This document shows, piece by piece, positions 10,720 to 21,037 of a DNA stretch of 64,000 bases. The position numbers and the translations under genes were made by a program. The stretch covers positions 1,231,293-1,295,292 of the forward strand of contig OY762227.1 of assembly GCA_963665485.1 (NCBI GenBank), written 5' to 3'. The notes under the pieces are model-generated. The model had not been told where the DNA came from and did not search any database. It saw only the letters and a list, made by a program, of their open reading frames with translations. The first letter of the stretch is position 1; every line of letters begins with the position of its first letter. The DNA comes from Bacteroidales bacterium (lineage in GTDB: Bacteria; Bacteroidota; Bacteroidia; Bacteroidales; UBA4417).

Positions 10720-11181
10720 TTATCGTCCGCTCTTTTCTAAAATCGCTTTCAGATTTCCGAGACCTTTTTGTAAGTCTTTACCCAGCAATTTTTTAAATAT
10801 GGGTGAAAGCAAGGACATTGGAAATTTGGACGGACTGTCAAATATCCAGGCAACCACAGTTCTGTTTTCTGCCGCCCTGGTGATTTGAAATCTGATTTTA
10901 GCCGTATTTTGCATGGGGCGAATAAATTTAACCAGATATTCAATACTCTTACCTTCCTCTATTCCTGTAATTTCCTGTTCGCCGGCACCAACATTTTTAA
11001 TTGTGCTATCCCAGCTGTACACAAAACCAATTGTTCCATCATTACCCTTGTATTGTTTTTTCATAGTTGGATCAGCCATGTTCCAAACACTAAAATTGTC
11101 CTGATTTACAGTTGTTTTGAGGTAGTCAAAAACCAATTCAGAACTCATTTTAATCTCAATCGACTTTTCTATTTTCATCAT
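10720..11181 (-). CDS. SRPBCC (START/polyketide-cyclase-like) family protein
   Basis: 153 aa. The pattern KSIEIKMSSELVFDYL...WNM...YSWDS is typical of SRPBCC ligand-binding proteins. Confidence 0.6.
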   Translation of the reverse strand: MMKIEKSIEIKMSSELVFDYLKTTVNQDNFSVWNMADPTMKKQYKGNDGTIGFVYSWDSTIKNVGAGEQEITGIEEGKSIEYLVKFIRPMQNTAKIRFQITRAAENRTVVAWIFDSPSKFPMSLLSPIFKKLLGKDLQKGLGNLKAILEKSGR

Positions 11182-11636
11182 CGTAAGAATTAAACTCTTA
11201 CCTGGAACGTATTACCTGGTATATTGTTCAATTGTAGTGTGTTAGGCTGCATTAAACAACCCGTTGCGTGATTTTGGTTTTTGGAAGTTAGATCCTTTCC
11301 CCTGGAATCTTCTACAGATTAGGAAAAACGTATCCACACTTTGGAAAACATTGTATGCAAACAGTCTTCTTTCATTATCTGGAATATTTATCGATGCTTT
11401 AATATTTATTTAAAGTAAAAACAGAATTTGTTCGTCTGCCTTAATACAGTCAGGTTGTTATGTACAATTCATAATTCAAAATAGGTAGCAGTAACACTCA
11501 GGAAAAAGCAGGAAAAATTTTGCCTAGGTTTCTCGAATTTATCGATCGAAAAATACAACCTGAAAATAATTTAAAGATCAGTTGTTGTGTAAGTTAAAAT
11601 TTCAGATAGCTAATTCTAAAAATATTTTTTATTAAA

Positions 11637-11655
11637 TAGTTGCATGTATCAACTA
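11637..11655. promoter_or_regulatory. Palindromic operator candidate upstream of marR (TAGTTG-N7-CAACTA)
   Basis: TAGTTGCATGTATCAACTA lies immediately upstream of the -7 box of the marR promoter. A related GTTG-N7-CAAC box lies at 12151-12165. Confidence 0.45.
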
Positions 11656-11663
11656 ATTGTTTT

Positions 11664-11671
11664 TACCTTTG
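11664..11671 (+). promoter_or_regulatory. Bacteroidota -7 promoter box (TAnnTTTG) for marR
   Basis: TACCTTTG sits 26 nt upstream of the marR ATG. Confidence 0.5.
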
Positions 11672-11696
11672 CAGCGTTTAAAAAAAGAAAAAGAAA

Positions 11697-12134
11697 ATGC
11701 AGGTCTTAACTTTAAATAATACCGGACGAATGTTACACGAAGTATATCGTGTATTTAAGAAATTATCCGAAGGTCAACAGAATATGGAAATTTACATTAC
11801 CCCGGAACAATTTGGCCTTTTACATGCTATCAGCGAAAAGACTGAGGAGGTAATACAAAAAGATATGGCTGAAATGATGGGAAAAGATAAGTCTGCCATA
11901 CTCAGGCTTATTGATTCATTGGAAGAGAAAGAATTGGTGAAGAGGGTTGCTGACAGTAAGGACAGAAGGAAGAATTACCTTATTGTAACAAAATTAGGCT
12001 ACAGGGTCATCGAACAGTATTTGAAGATTGCTGAAGATATGATGCTGGTTATACAGGAAGGATTAAGCCAGGAGGAAATTGACACATACGATCGTGTAGT
12101 AAGCCACATCAGTTCCAAAGCAAAAGAGATGTAA
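11697..12134 (+). CDS. MarR-family transcriptional regulator
   Basis: 145 aa. Winged-helix signature ITPEQFGLLHAI...QKDMAEMMGKDKSAILRLIDSLEEKELVKRV.DSKDRR. Heads the efflux operon. Confidence 0.85.
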   Translation: MQVLTLNNTGRMLHEVYRVFKKLSEGQQNMEIYITPEQFGLLHAISEKTEEVIQKDMAEMMGKDKSAILRLIDSLEEKELVKRVADSKDRRKNYLIVTKLGYRVIEQYLKIAEDMMLVIQEGLSQEEIDTYDRVVSHISSKAKEM

Positions 12135-12150
12135 ATTTTTTTTTAAAAAA

Positions 12151-12165
12151 GTTGATATGCACAAC
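12151..12165. promoter_or_regulatory. Second GTTG-N7-CAAC palindrome between marR and tolC
   Basis: GTTGATATGCACAAC has the same half-sites and spacing as the 11637-11655 box. Confidence 0.4.
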
Positions 12166-12330
12166 AATTGACCTAATAAACCTTTTAATTTCTGAATACA
12201 TTAATACCTAGGATTAGAATAACCAATTAAAAATAAAATGATGCTACTACAATTAATAAACCTTAATAACAGGTATTTGGGTCTGGATCCTGTTCGTTAT
12301 GTAAAACCTGACAAATCAAAACAAACAGGG

Positions 12331-13632
12331 ATGAAAGCCATTTATAAAATCATAATTATCAGCATGATTTGCCTGAATGTGCAATCGCTAAAAGCGCAAC
12401 AGCCACTGGTGCTTTCACTGGATAGTGCTGTTTATTATTCCATCGATCATAATAAGACGTTGATAAATTCGAAATATGCAATCCAGAAGTCAGCGCAAAA
12501 AATTAAGGAAGCCATAGCTGTTGGTTTACCACAGGCTAATGCCACCTTGGATTATAGTAATTTTTTGGGTGCTTCGGCCTCGATCCAATTAAATCCCGAG
12601 GCGCCGCCTGCTACAATTGAATTTAATCCTACCAGTAATGTAAAAGGTACTATCAGCCAGATGATATTTAATGGCAATTATTTTGTCGGCGTGCAACTTT
12701 CGAAACTTGCCAAAACCATTACAGAGCAAGGCTATCAGAAAGATGAGCTGAATGTTAAAGAACAGGCCATACAAGCATATTGCATGATCCTGGCAAGTGA
12801 AAGAATATCAGACATCATCAGGGAAAATAAGACCAATGCACTGCTGCTTTATGAAAAAACAAAGAATCTTGCCAATGCCGGTATTCTGGAACAAACGGAT
12901 GCAAAAAAACTATCTGTAATGGTGGCATCGGTCGACAATGCGTTAAAATCGTCGGAAAGACAGGTTGAGTTAGGGTATAACCTTTTGAGGCTGCAATTGG
13001 GCCTGGAGCCTGATCAGGAAATTAAACTTACTTCATCTCTCATGGATATTGCACAGGCATATGAGGCACAAACCGCATTGGCTGACACCTTTAATATTCA
13101 AAAAAATATTGATTTTCAAATGGTTGCAATGCAGGGTGAAATTGCACAAAAGACTATTGATCTCAGAAAGTCAAGTTACCTGCCTTCGGTTACGGCTTTT
13201 TATTCGCGTACCGAAAAATTGAAAAAACCTCTTTTTGATATGACACCCAAGAATGTTCTTGGATTCACGTTAACCGTTCCCATTCTTTCGGGTGGACAAC
13301 GGGTAGCGCAATTGGATCAGGCTAAAATTGATTACGACATCAACACCAACACCAAAGACCTGTTAACGCAGCAACTCACTTTGCAGGACAGGCAGATTAG
13401 GTATAACTACAATAACCTTCTGGAACAACTGGCCACCCAAAATGAAAACAGGGAAATTGCAAAAGAAGTACTGGATAAGATGAACCTGAAATATGAACAA
13501 GGTATCGTTTCGAGCCTCGAATTAACCAGTGCCAATACCGACTATCTGAATGCTGAAACAACATACACCAGCATCATGCTTCAAATACTGAATGCTGAAA
13601 TATCATTACGTAAAATTAACAGTAAACTCTAA
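12331..13632 (+). CDS. TolC-family outer membrane efflux protein
   Basis: The internal Met at 12331 gives a signal peptide (MKAIYKIIIISMICLNVQSLKAQQ). Two coiled-coil repeats typical of TolC/OEP. Sits upstream of the RND adaptor and pump. Confidence 0.85.
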   Translation: MKAIYKIIIISMICLNVQSLKAQQPLVLSLDSAVYYSIDHNKTLINSKYAIQKSAQKIKEAIAVGLPQANATLDYSNFLGASASIQLNPEAPPATIEFNPTSNVKGTISQMIFNGNYFVGVQLSKLAKTITEQGYQKDELNVKEQAIQAYCMILASERISDIIRENKTNALLLYEKTKNLANAGILEQTDAKKLSVMVASVDNALKSSERQVELGYNLLRLQLGLEPDQEIKLTSSLMDIAQAYEAQTALADTFNIQKNIDFQMVAMQGEIAQKTIDLRKSSYLPSVTAFYSRTEKLKKPLFDMTPKNVLGFTLTVPILSGGQRVAQLDQAKIDYDINTNTKDLLTQQLTLQDRQIRYNYNNLLEQLATQNENREIAKEVLDKMNLKYEQGIVSSLELTSANTDYLNAETTYTSIMLQILNAEISLRKINSKL

Positions 13633-13639
13633 AAAAAAA

Positions 13640-14695
13640 ATGAATACTATCAAACAATTGACCTTATCTCTTGCCGTAGGATTATTAATCATGAGTTCAT
13701 CCTGCAGCTCTAAAAAGGAAGCTAATGCTGACAAGAAAGCATCTGACACAATCCAGCCAGTTGCGGTTAAAACCATGGTTGTAAAGCAGGAAGTGATAAA
13801 CCGGTATGTTGACTTTACGGTTTCATTAATTCCTTTCGAAGAAGTGAACCTGGCTCCTGCAGCTCCCGGCCGGATTGAGAAAATTAATGTTGAAATCGGA
13901 AATAATGTTTCCAAAGGCCAGATAGTTGCCTTAATGGATCGCACCAACCTGGAGCAGGCACGCATTAATTTAGCAAAACTTGAAATAGATTTCCGCCGCC
14001 TTGATACCTTAAAAAAGACAAACAGTATTGCCGACCAGCAGTACGACCAGATGAAGTCGGCTGTTGATCTGGCCCGAAACAGCTACCAGTATCTTCAGGA
14101 AAACACCCAGTTAAGAGCCCCGTTCAGCGGCGTTGTTTCCGGTAAATATTTCGAGGATGGTGAAATCTATTCAGGTTCGCCGGTTGCAGCCGTTGGGAAA
14201 CCTGCCATTGTTTCGATCATTCAGATCAACCAGCTTAAAGCCCTGGTAAGCATTTCGTCAAATTATTTCACTTCGGTTAAAGAAGGAATGAAAACCGACG
14301 TCACCTGCGATCTTTATCCGAATTTAAAATTTAACGGTGAAATATTTAAAATTTATCCCACCATTGATAATGCTACAAAAACATTCACCGCAGAAGTAAA
14401 AATTCAGAACAGCAATCTGAAACTGCGTCCGGGAATGTTCTCAAAAATTCAGCTTAACCTTGGCAAAGGCAATGCCGTATTGGTTCCAAACATTGCACTG
14501 GTAAAACAAACCGGAACCAATGATATGTATGTGTTTGTGAATAAGGATAATGTGGCTGTAAAAACTCTTGTAAAAACAGGCCGCATGTTCGATGATAAGA
14601 TCGAGATCACGGATGGAATTACTGAAGGAAATGAAATTGTGATAGTGGGACAGAATAAACTCGAAAATAAAACCCCGCTTCAAATAAAAAATTAA
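13640..14695 (+). CDS. RND efflux periplasmic adaptor (membrane fusion protein)
   Basis: ATG at 13640 gives a lipoprotein-like signal (LIMSSSCSS). Biotinyl-lipoyl/barrel motifs present (LRAPFSGVVSGKY, LRPGMF). Confidence 0.9.
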   Translation: MNTIKQLTLSLAVGLLIMSSSCSSKKEANADKKASDTIQPVAVKTMVVKQEVINRYVDFTVSLIPFEEVNLAPAAPGRIEKINVEIGNNVSKGQIVALMDRTNLEQARINLAKLEIDFRRLDTLKKTNSIADQQYDQMKSAVDLARNSYQYLQENTQLRAPFSGVVSGKYFEDGEIYSGSPVAAVGKPAIVSIIQINQLKALVSISSNYFTSVKEGMKTDVTCDLYPNLKFNGEIFKIYPTIDNATKTFTAEVKIQNSNLKLRPGMFSKIQLNLGKGNAVLVPNIALVKQTGTNDMYVFVNKDNVAVKTLVKTGRMFDDKIEITDGITEGNEIVIVGQNKLENKTPLQIKN

Positions 14696-14742
14696 TTCCG
14701 GTAACGGGGTTGTGAATTGTAACAACTAATTGAAACAAACTT

Positions 14743-17700
14743 ATGAGTTTATATAGCACCGCAGTTAAGAAACCCGTCAGTACGATAATGATTTTTATCG
14801 GCGTGGTTATCTTTGGTATCTATTCGTATCTGCAGTTACCTGTCGATTTCTTTCCAAAAATAGATCCTCCCATTATTTCGGTTTTTACGTTTTACAACGG
14901 GGCCAATGCATCCGATGTTGAGCAAAATATCACCCGGAAACTCGAAGATGGTTTTGGCTCACTTACGGGCCTCAAAAAAATCAGTTCCAAGTCGAAAGAC
15001 AATATTTCGGTTATTACCCTTGAATTTGAATGGGGCGCTAACCTCGACGAAGCCACCAACGAAGTAAGGAATGCCGTAGGTATGGCCGAACGCAATTTGC
15101 CGGAAGGTGTTGAAACCCCTACCATTTTCAAGATCAGCACCAGCATGGTTCCGGTAATTATGTTCAGTGTTACATCCACTGAAAGTTATTCAGGGATTAA
15201 TGATATCCTGGATAAAAAACTCATTCAGCCGCTCAACCGTATTGATGGTGTTGGAAACATCATACAGGTTGGTGCTCCGGTCAGAGCCGTGATGGTGAAT
15301 GTGGATCCGCGGAAATTAGATGCTTATAACTTATCTGTAGAGCAGCTTTCGGGAATCCTGGCTGCCAATAACCTGAACCTGCCATCCGGTAGTCTCGAGA
15401 TGGGGAAAGCTGATTTGCCGCTCAGGTTGCAGGGCGAATTCGCAAACAGCGATGTTATTAAAAATGTGATTGTAAGTAACGCAAATGGAAAGACGGTTTA
15501 CCTGAAAGACATTGCAACGGTAAGTGACACTTTAAAAGATGTAAAAACATACGAACGTGCAAACGGTGGGAAAAACGTTCGTATCATGATTCAGAAGCAG
15601 TCGGATGCCAACACGGTAACTGTTGCAGGTAAGATAAAAGATAAACTTGAGTCGATTCAAAAGACCTTGCCCCCTGATATAAAAGTTGAAATCCTGATGG
15701 ATTCATCAACCAATACAATCAGTGCAATCAATAATCTTTCAGAGACCTTAATCTACGCACTTGTTTTTGTTGTGTTCGTAGTAATAATCTTTTTGGGGCG
15801 GGCACGGCCAACCTTTATCATTTCCCTTTCGATACCTATTTCGCTTATCGTCGGATTCGTATACATGTACCTCTCGGGAGGAACCATTAATATCATAACG
15901 CTTTCATCACTTTCCATAGCCATCGGGCTGGTGGTTGACGATTCCATTGTGGTTCTCGAAAATATCACGAAAAAACTGGAAAGGGGCGGATATGCCCGTG
16001 AGTCAGCCATTTATGGTACCAGTGAAGTGAGCCTGGCCGTAATTGCATCTACGCTAACTATTGTTGCTGTATTCCTGCCTTTAACCATGTTGGGCGGTAT
16101 TACAGGTATCCTTTTCAGGCCGTTGGGTTGGGTTGTTACTATTTCTGTTGTTACATCAGTTATCGTTTCGCTCACACTGGTGCCCATGTTGTCGTCAAAA
16201 ATGCTTACAGCCAAAATTCCGAGTAAAAACAGCGTTGGTGGAAAGATTTATCATTTCTCTCAAAGCTTGCTTGATGGAATGGATAAGTTTTTCGAGAAAA
16301 TCCTTACCTGGGCAGTAAGTCACCGATGGCTTGTTATCGGTATAGGTACTATTGTATTTGCCGCATCCATGTTCCTGGTGAAAGTAATTGGTACCGAATT
16401 TATGCCTGCTTCGGATAACGACAGGATATCAGCACAGGTGAAACTGGCCCAGGGTACCAAACTGGAAGAAACTGTTAAAACAGCGCATTACCTTGATTCT
16501 GTTTTCAGGGCAAAATACAAGGAAATAGAAATTGTTTCCACCAGTGCCGGGGTAGGAGATGAGAATAGTTTATCCGCTATTTTCTCGGAAACCGGTAACT
16601 ATATTGTCAATTACACTTTTAAAATGGTTCCGATGAGGGAACGCGAAAGAGATATTTTCGAAATCGCGAATGAAATGCGTCTGGATATTGAGAAGTTGCC
16701 TGAAGTGGAGAAATTCTATGTCGATCCGGGAAGTTCGCGGTCGTCGAGTGCCATGGGTATGGGAGGCGGAAACAACCTGGAAGTAAAAGTGTATGGAAAC
16801 GATTTTGATGAAACCAACATAGTTTCCGAAAAAATCTCGCAGGCGCTTAAAGGAATTAAGGGTACAAAGGATATTTTAATAAGCCGCGACAGGGAAAAAA
16901 CGGAATTGCAGCTGGTTCTGGATAATGATAAAATGACGTCGTTCGGCTTAAATACAGCCATGGTTGCAACTGCCATCCGTAACCGGATCAATGGTGTTAC
17001 TGCCACCAAATACAAGGAAGAAGGTGATGAATATGATGTAATTGTCCGTTACGACGAAAAATTCAGGCAATCGACTGAAGATATTGCAAACATCAGCATA
17101 ATGACACCCCAGGGTAAAATCATTAAACTGAATGAAATTACAGAACTGAAACGTTTCTATTCGCCACCCAATATTGAGCGTGAAAATAAAGTGCGTGTAG
17201 TAACTGTTTCGTCAGCGCTTTCGGGTACCGATATTGGTACGGTAAAAGCAGCGCTCGAAACCGAAATCGCGAAAATGGATATTCCTTCTGATGTTTCAAT
17301 CGACTATGGCGGAAGTGCCGAAAACATGAAAGATTCTTTCAAAAGTTTAATTATGCTCATACTGCTTTCGTTGGTGCTGGTTTATATTGTAATGGCATCG
17401 CAATTCGAATCGCTGACTGAGCCTTTTATCATCATGTTTTCCATTCCTTTTGCCTTCACCGGGGTATTTGCGTCGCTGTACATTTTCCACGCTACAATTA
17501 ATGTGATTTCACTGATAGGTGCAGTAATGCTGATTGGTATTGTTGTGAAAAACGGAATTATCCTGGTGGATTATACCAACCTGCTGGTCGACAGGGGATT
17601 TACGCTCCGCCAGGCTGTTATTTCTGCAGGTCGTTCACGTTTACGCCCGGTATTGATGACCTCGCTCACTATGATCCTTGCCATGATACCGATGATAACA

Positions 17701-17883
17701 ACTACCGGCAGCGGTTCCGAAATGTGGAAACCGATGGCTATAGCAATATTTGGCGGTTTAACCTTTTCGACACTGGTAACCTTGGTTCTGATTCCTACCA
17801 TTTATACCATTTTTGGTGTAGGGAAAATGAAAAGAGCTCGCAGAACCTCAGAAAAACTGCAAAACAGTAAACTCATTAAATAA
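14743..17883 (+). CDS. RND (AcrB/HAE1-type) efflux permease
   Basis: 1046 aa. 12-TM architecture with two large periplasmic loops. Conserved AIGLVVDDSIVVLENI motif. Confidence 0.95.
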   Translation: MSLYSTAVKKPVSTIMIFIGVVIFGIYSYLQLPVDFFPKIDPPIISVFTFYNGANASDVEQNITRKLEDGFGSLTGLKKISSKSKDNISVITLEFEWGANLDEATNEVRNAVGMAERNLPEGVETPTIFKISTSMVPVIMFSVTSTESYSGINDILDKKLIQPLNRIDGVGNIIQVGAPVRAVMVNVDPRKLDAYNLSVEQLSGILAANNLNLPSGSLEMGKADLPLRLQGEFANSDVIKNVIVSNANGKTVYLKDIATVSDTLKDVKTYERANGGKNVRIMIQKQSDANTVTVAGKIKDKLESIQKTLPPDIKVEILMDSSTNTISAINNLSETLIYALVFVVFVVIIFLGRARPTFIISLSIPISLIVGFVYMYLSGGTINIITLSSLSIAIGLVVDDSIVVLENITKKLERGGYARESAIYGTSEVSLAVIASTLTIVAVFLPLTMLGGITGILFRPLGWVVTISVVTSVIVSLTLVPMLSSKMLTAKIPSKNSVGGKIYHFSQSLLDGMDKFFEKILTWAVSHRWLVIGIGTIVFAASMFLVKVIGTEFMPASDNDRISAQVKLAQGTKLEETVKTAHYLDSVFRAKYKEIEIVSTSAGVGDENSLSAIFSETGNYIVNYTFKMVPMRERERDIFEIANEMRLDIEKLPEVEKFYVDPGSSRSSSAMGMGGGNNLEVKVYGNDFDETNIVSEKISQALKGIKGTKDILISRDREKTELQLVLDNDKMTSFGLNTAMVATAIRNRINGVTATKYKEEGDEYDVIVRYDEKFRQSTEDIANISIMTPQGKIIKLNEITELKRFYSPPNIERENKVRVVTVSSALSGTDIGTVKAALETEIAKMDIPSDVSIDYGGSAENMKDSFKSLIMLILLSLVLVYIVMASQFESLTEPFIIMFSIPFAFTGVFASLYIFHATINVISLIGAVMLIGIVVKNGIILVDYTNLLVDRGFTLRQAVISAGRSRLRPVLMTSLTMILAMIPMITTTGSGSEMWKPMAIAIFGGLTFSTLVTLVLIPTIYTIFGVGKMKRARRTSEKLQNSKLIK

Positions 17884-18005
17884 AAATGAGGTCTGGCATA
17901 ATATCATTTTCAATTAACCTGCTATTGTAACAGGAAGGAAAATGATATTATGCCATATTCTCATCAACACCAAAAAGTAATTTGTCCTTCTAAAAAACAA
18001 AAAAG

Positions 18006-18299
18006 ATGAAAGCAGTATTTATAAGTTATAATCAATCCATTACCGAAGAAGTACAGGAAATTCTGGATAATCTCTCTATACGCGGTTTTACGCAGTGGAT
18101 GGAAATTAAAGGAAGAGGTTCCGTTAACGGCGAAATGCACGAAGGAACGCATACCTGGCCTGAGTTAAATAATGCTCACCTCACCATGGTTGAAGATGAA
18201 AAAATTAATCCTTTGCTCGAAAAACTCCGGATCCTGAACAGTGAAGCTGAAGAACAGGGATTGCGGGCATTTGTGTGGAATATTGAAAACTCTTTATAA
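18006..18299 (+). CDS. PG0541-family transporter-associated small protein (PII-like fold)
   Basis: 97 aa, MKAVFISYNQSITEEVQEILD..., immediately downstream of the RND pump, as is typical for this Bacteroidota family. Confidence 0.55.
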   Translation: MKAVFISYNQSITEEVQEILDNLSIRGFTQWMEIKGRGSVNGEMHEGTHTWPELNNAHLTMVEDEKINPLLEKLRILNSEAEEQGLRAFVWNIENSL

Positions 18300-18320
18300 G
18301 GATCATTAAGGGAGAAGTCA

Positions 18321-18914
18321 ATGGACAAATTATTGTCGTGCATTTCAAAGCATTTCAAAAATTGTGGAATCAGAGGTATTAATATGGACGATATCGCCAG
18401 GGAACTGTGTATCCCGAAGAAAACACTTCGTCAGAGTTTTGGAACTAAAAATGATGTTCTTGGTGCTGTTGTCCAGTTCGAGCTAAGAACAGAACTCAGA
18501 GAACTCGAAGAAATAAGCAGCTCATTAACAAATGCGATCGATCAAATCATAGCTATAAGTAACTATTTGGAAACTAAGGTATTTAATTTGAATCATATTT
18601 TGGTTCATGATTTAAAAAAATACCATCCCTCCATATGGGAAGCATTTAAAAATCAAAGGGAATTGCAAATACAATCGCTTGTAAACCGCAACCTGCAAAT
18701 GGGAATAAGGCAAGGATTGTACCATGAAAATATAAAAACTGAAAACTTTATAGTGTCTTATTTACTCAGGCTTCATTTTATTGATTATGAAATCTGTAAT
18801 AATAAGACAAATGAAAAACACAATGAAAGTTATAATACGTTGTTTTTATACCATATTTACAGCATCGCCAACGATTCAGGCATAAAGTATTTGCAGGAGC
18901 GATACGCCAGTTAA
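18321..18914 (+). CDS. TetR/AcrR-family transcriptional regulator
   Basis: N-terminal HTH (GIRGINMDDIARELCIPKKTLRQSFGTKNDVL) and a helical C-terminal domain. Confidence 0.8.
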   Translation: MDKLLSCISKHFKNCGIRGINMDDIARELCIPKKTLRQSFGTKNDVLGAVVQFELRTELRELEEISSSLTNAIDQIIAISNYLETKVFNLNHILVHDLKKYHPSIWEAFKNQRELQIQSLVNRNLQMGIRQGLYHENIKTENFIVSYLLRLHFIDYEICNNKTNEKHNESYNTLFLYHIYSIANDSGIKYLQERYAS

Positions 18915-19354
18915 AGCAAGGAAGTTTTAATGTTTTTACCTGTAACAATTCCTCAATAAACAAAAGACGCACTGTAAAGAAAATCAGGTTCGAAGAAGTG
19001 GATTCGTATCTTATTCTCTTGTCGTGTACACTCACATGCATGGAAAGAAGAGTGCAAATCTTATTGATCAATGTTTCTGTTGCGAATACTATGCTGATTC
19101 TTGTGGAAGGAACGGTTCAAATTATGCCCATATATCTTGTATTAGTCATGCAATAATTCAAATCAATAAAATTGTTGATTGGCATAAAAAGAGTAATTAT
19201 AAAAATATTAGGTGGATTGCCATATTCAACTGTTAGTTGCAGACCTCACCTGTAATATAAAAATACAAGTAAATATCCAAAAGTGTATGAAGTCTTGGAT
19301 GTAAAAACAAAAAACCACTTACAATCAATTGATATGCAAGTGGTTGGCTTCAGT

Positions 19355-19377
19355 AAAGTGACCCCATCGGGATTCGA
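19355..19377. repeat. attL-type direct repeat (displaced copy of the tRNA-Arg 3' end)
   Basis: AAAGTGACCCCATCGGGATTCGA is identical to 57178-57200. Confidence 0.9.
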
Positions 19378-19460
19378 GAACTTCATCCTTTTGCATCCTT
19401 TTATACATATATTACTGTAAATTAATTGATTATATATTTGGAATAGGCAACCAAATGCAC

Positions 19461-19468
19461 TATCTTTG
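19461..19468 (+). promoter_or_regulatory. Bacteroidota -7 box (TATCTTTG) upstream of the integrase
   Basis: Matches TAnnTTTG, 82 nt upstream of the integrase ATG. Confidence 0.4.
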
Positions 19469-19507
19469 TACCTGAATGAAGCATTTATTGTACCTGTTTT
19501 TGTACCT
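19466..19507 (+). repeat. Three direct TTGTACCTG repeats (candidate integrase arm-type sites)
   Basis: Copies start at 19466, 19488 and 19499, spaced 22 and 11 bp apart. The TTGTAC core recurs three times near the right end (57081-57124). Confidence 0.5.
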
Positions 19508-19549
19508 GTTTCATTTCTGTATTCCTTTATAATCAATAATTTCAGAATT

Positions 19550-20812
19550 ATGGCAACAGTAAAAGTACTACTTAAAACGGAGAAAAAAAAGAAAAATGAC
19601 CAAATTCCCATTTATCTCCGAATCATCAGTAAAGGAAAGGCTAGATTTATTGCCTTGAAAAAAACCGTTCTTGAAAAAGATTGGGATTTCGACAGCTCAA
19701 AAGTTAAAAAGTCTAATCCCCTCTATCGGCAGTTGAATACATATATTGCTGAAAAAATTGCGGATGCAGAAGCAGCCAGCCTCGAACTTGAGATAGGTTC
19801 CAAGGTTGTTACTCCTCGCCAGATTAAAAATAAGGTAATGGGCACTGAACTTCCCAGCTTTAAAAAATATATAGAGAAGAGACTCAAAGCGGAAGAGGAC
19901 ACCATCAAAGTTGGCACCTACCGTAAGAATGCAGCTATTGTTGCTAAGTTTAAAAAATTCCTGGGCACAAAAGATTTGCTTTTTGAGGATATGAATGTCG
20001 CTTGGATTAAGGATTATGAATTCTATCTTAGTACTGATAGGCATAATTCAAAAAACACCATTGGAACCAATCTGAAAATCTTAAAGAAGTATTTTAATGA
20101 AGCTATAAAGGAAGGGCTGGTAAGCTATGATTCTAATCCATTTCTGAACTATAAGATAAAATCTGAGCCATCTGAAAGACAATATTTAACAGAGGATGAA
20201 CTGATAACTATTGAGAATTTAGAGCTTGTACCAGGCTCCAATCTGTATCACCATAGGAATATGTTTGTATTCGCAACATATTCAGGCGGTTTAAGAATCT
20301 CTGATGTTCTACAGTTAAAATGGGAAAATTTTGATGGCATCAAGATAAATATCGTTGTGCAGAAGACCGGCGAAATGCATTCCATAAAGTTACCAGAAAA
20401 AGCTCTGAATATTATTAATAGTTATAAAAGTGATGAATCCAACCCTACTGACTTTGTTTTCCCGGTATTGGATAATGAAATCGATTATTCGAAAGATCCC
20501 AAAATCCTTCACAATGCTTTAAGTGTTGGTACTTCCCTTTGTAACAATTCCCTGGAGAAAATAGCCGAAAAGGCTAAGCTGACCAAGAATCTCCATAATC
20601 ATATTGCCCGTCATACCTTTGCTACAATGGCTTTGCGTAAGGGCGTTCGTATCGAATATGTCAGCAAACTCCTTTCACATAATTCCTTAAAAACCACTCA
20701 GATTTACGCTAAAATCATAAATGTTGAGTTGGATGATGCAATGGATGTTTTTAATAAACCAATTCATGTTCCCGAAGAAGTGAAAGAAAAACTTGAACCG
20801 TCTGCAAACTAA
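19550..20812 (+). CDS. Tyrosine site-specific integrase (Bacteroidota phage-integrase family)
   Basis: ATG at 19550 gives MATVKVLLKTEKKKKNDQIPIYLRI (Arm-binding N-domain). Catalytic region contains GGLRISD, HIARHTFAT and LLSHNSLKTTQIYAKI (R..HxxR..H..Y). Confidence 0.9.
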   Translation: MATVKVLLKTEKKKKNDQIPIYLRIISKGKARFIALKKTVLEKDWDFDSSKVKKSNPLYRQLNTYIAEKIADAEAASLELEIGSKVVTPRQIKNKVMGTELPSFKKYIEKRLKAEEDTIKVGTYRKNAAIVAKFKKFLGTKDLLFEDMNVAWIKDYEFYLSTDRHNSKNTIGTNLKILKKYFNEAIKEGLVSYDSNPFLNYKIKSEPSERQYLTEDELITIENLELVPGSNLYHHRNMFVFATYSGGLRISDVLQLKWENFDGIKINIVVQKTGEMHSIKLPEKALNIINSYKSDESNPTDFVFPVLDNEIDYSKDPKILHNALSVGTSLCNNSLEKIAEKAKLTKNLHNHIARHTFATMALRKGVRIEYVSKLLSHNSLKTTQIYAKIINVELDDAMDVFNKPIHVPEEVKEKLEPSAN

Positions 20813-21037
20813 ATCCTTGCTTCAGGTTCATTCTTAAGCAAATTATATGCTTCTCCAAAGCCTCCTTTATCTCGATATGGGATGTTTTTAAGGTAAATAT
20901 GCTGCTTTCGTACAAGATCTAATTGCTACTATCTTGCAGGAAGAAATCCTCATAGTAAAGCAAATTTATAGGGCCATGTATTCGTATTATATGTGTTAGC
21001 TCCCTAATGGCTGTGAAGGGTTGGCATTTATCAGTTT

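Noticed and set aside
742-17801. Many 60-130-aa antisense or out-of-frame ORFs nested within the transporter, GH94, feoB, RND and other long genes
   Set aside because: Each lies wholly inside a much longer ORF that has clear family motifs. None has recognisable motifs of its own.
19246-19611. 121-aa minus-strand ORF spanning attL and the integrase promoter and 5' end
   Set aside because: It overlaps the att repeat, the -7 box and the integrase start. The sequence is low-complexity (FFFFSVLSS...), so it is almost certainly spurious.
20813-21037. Possible 3' remnant of a gene in the convergent gap between the integrase and the DUF262 gene
   Set aside because: A short open stretch on the minus strand (..IPYRDKGGFGEAYNLLKNEPEA..) could not be matched to any family by eye. 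It is too short to call.
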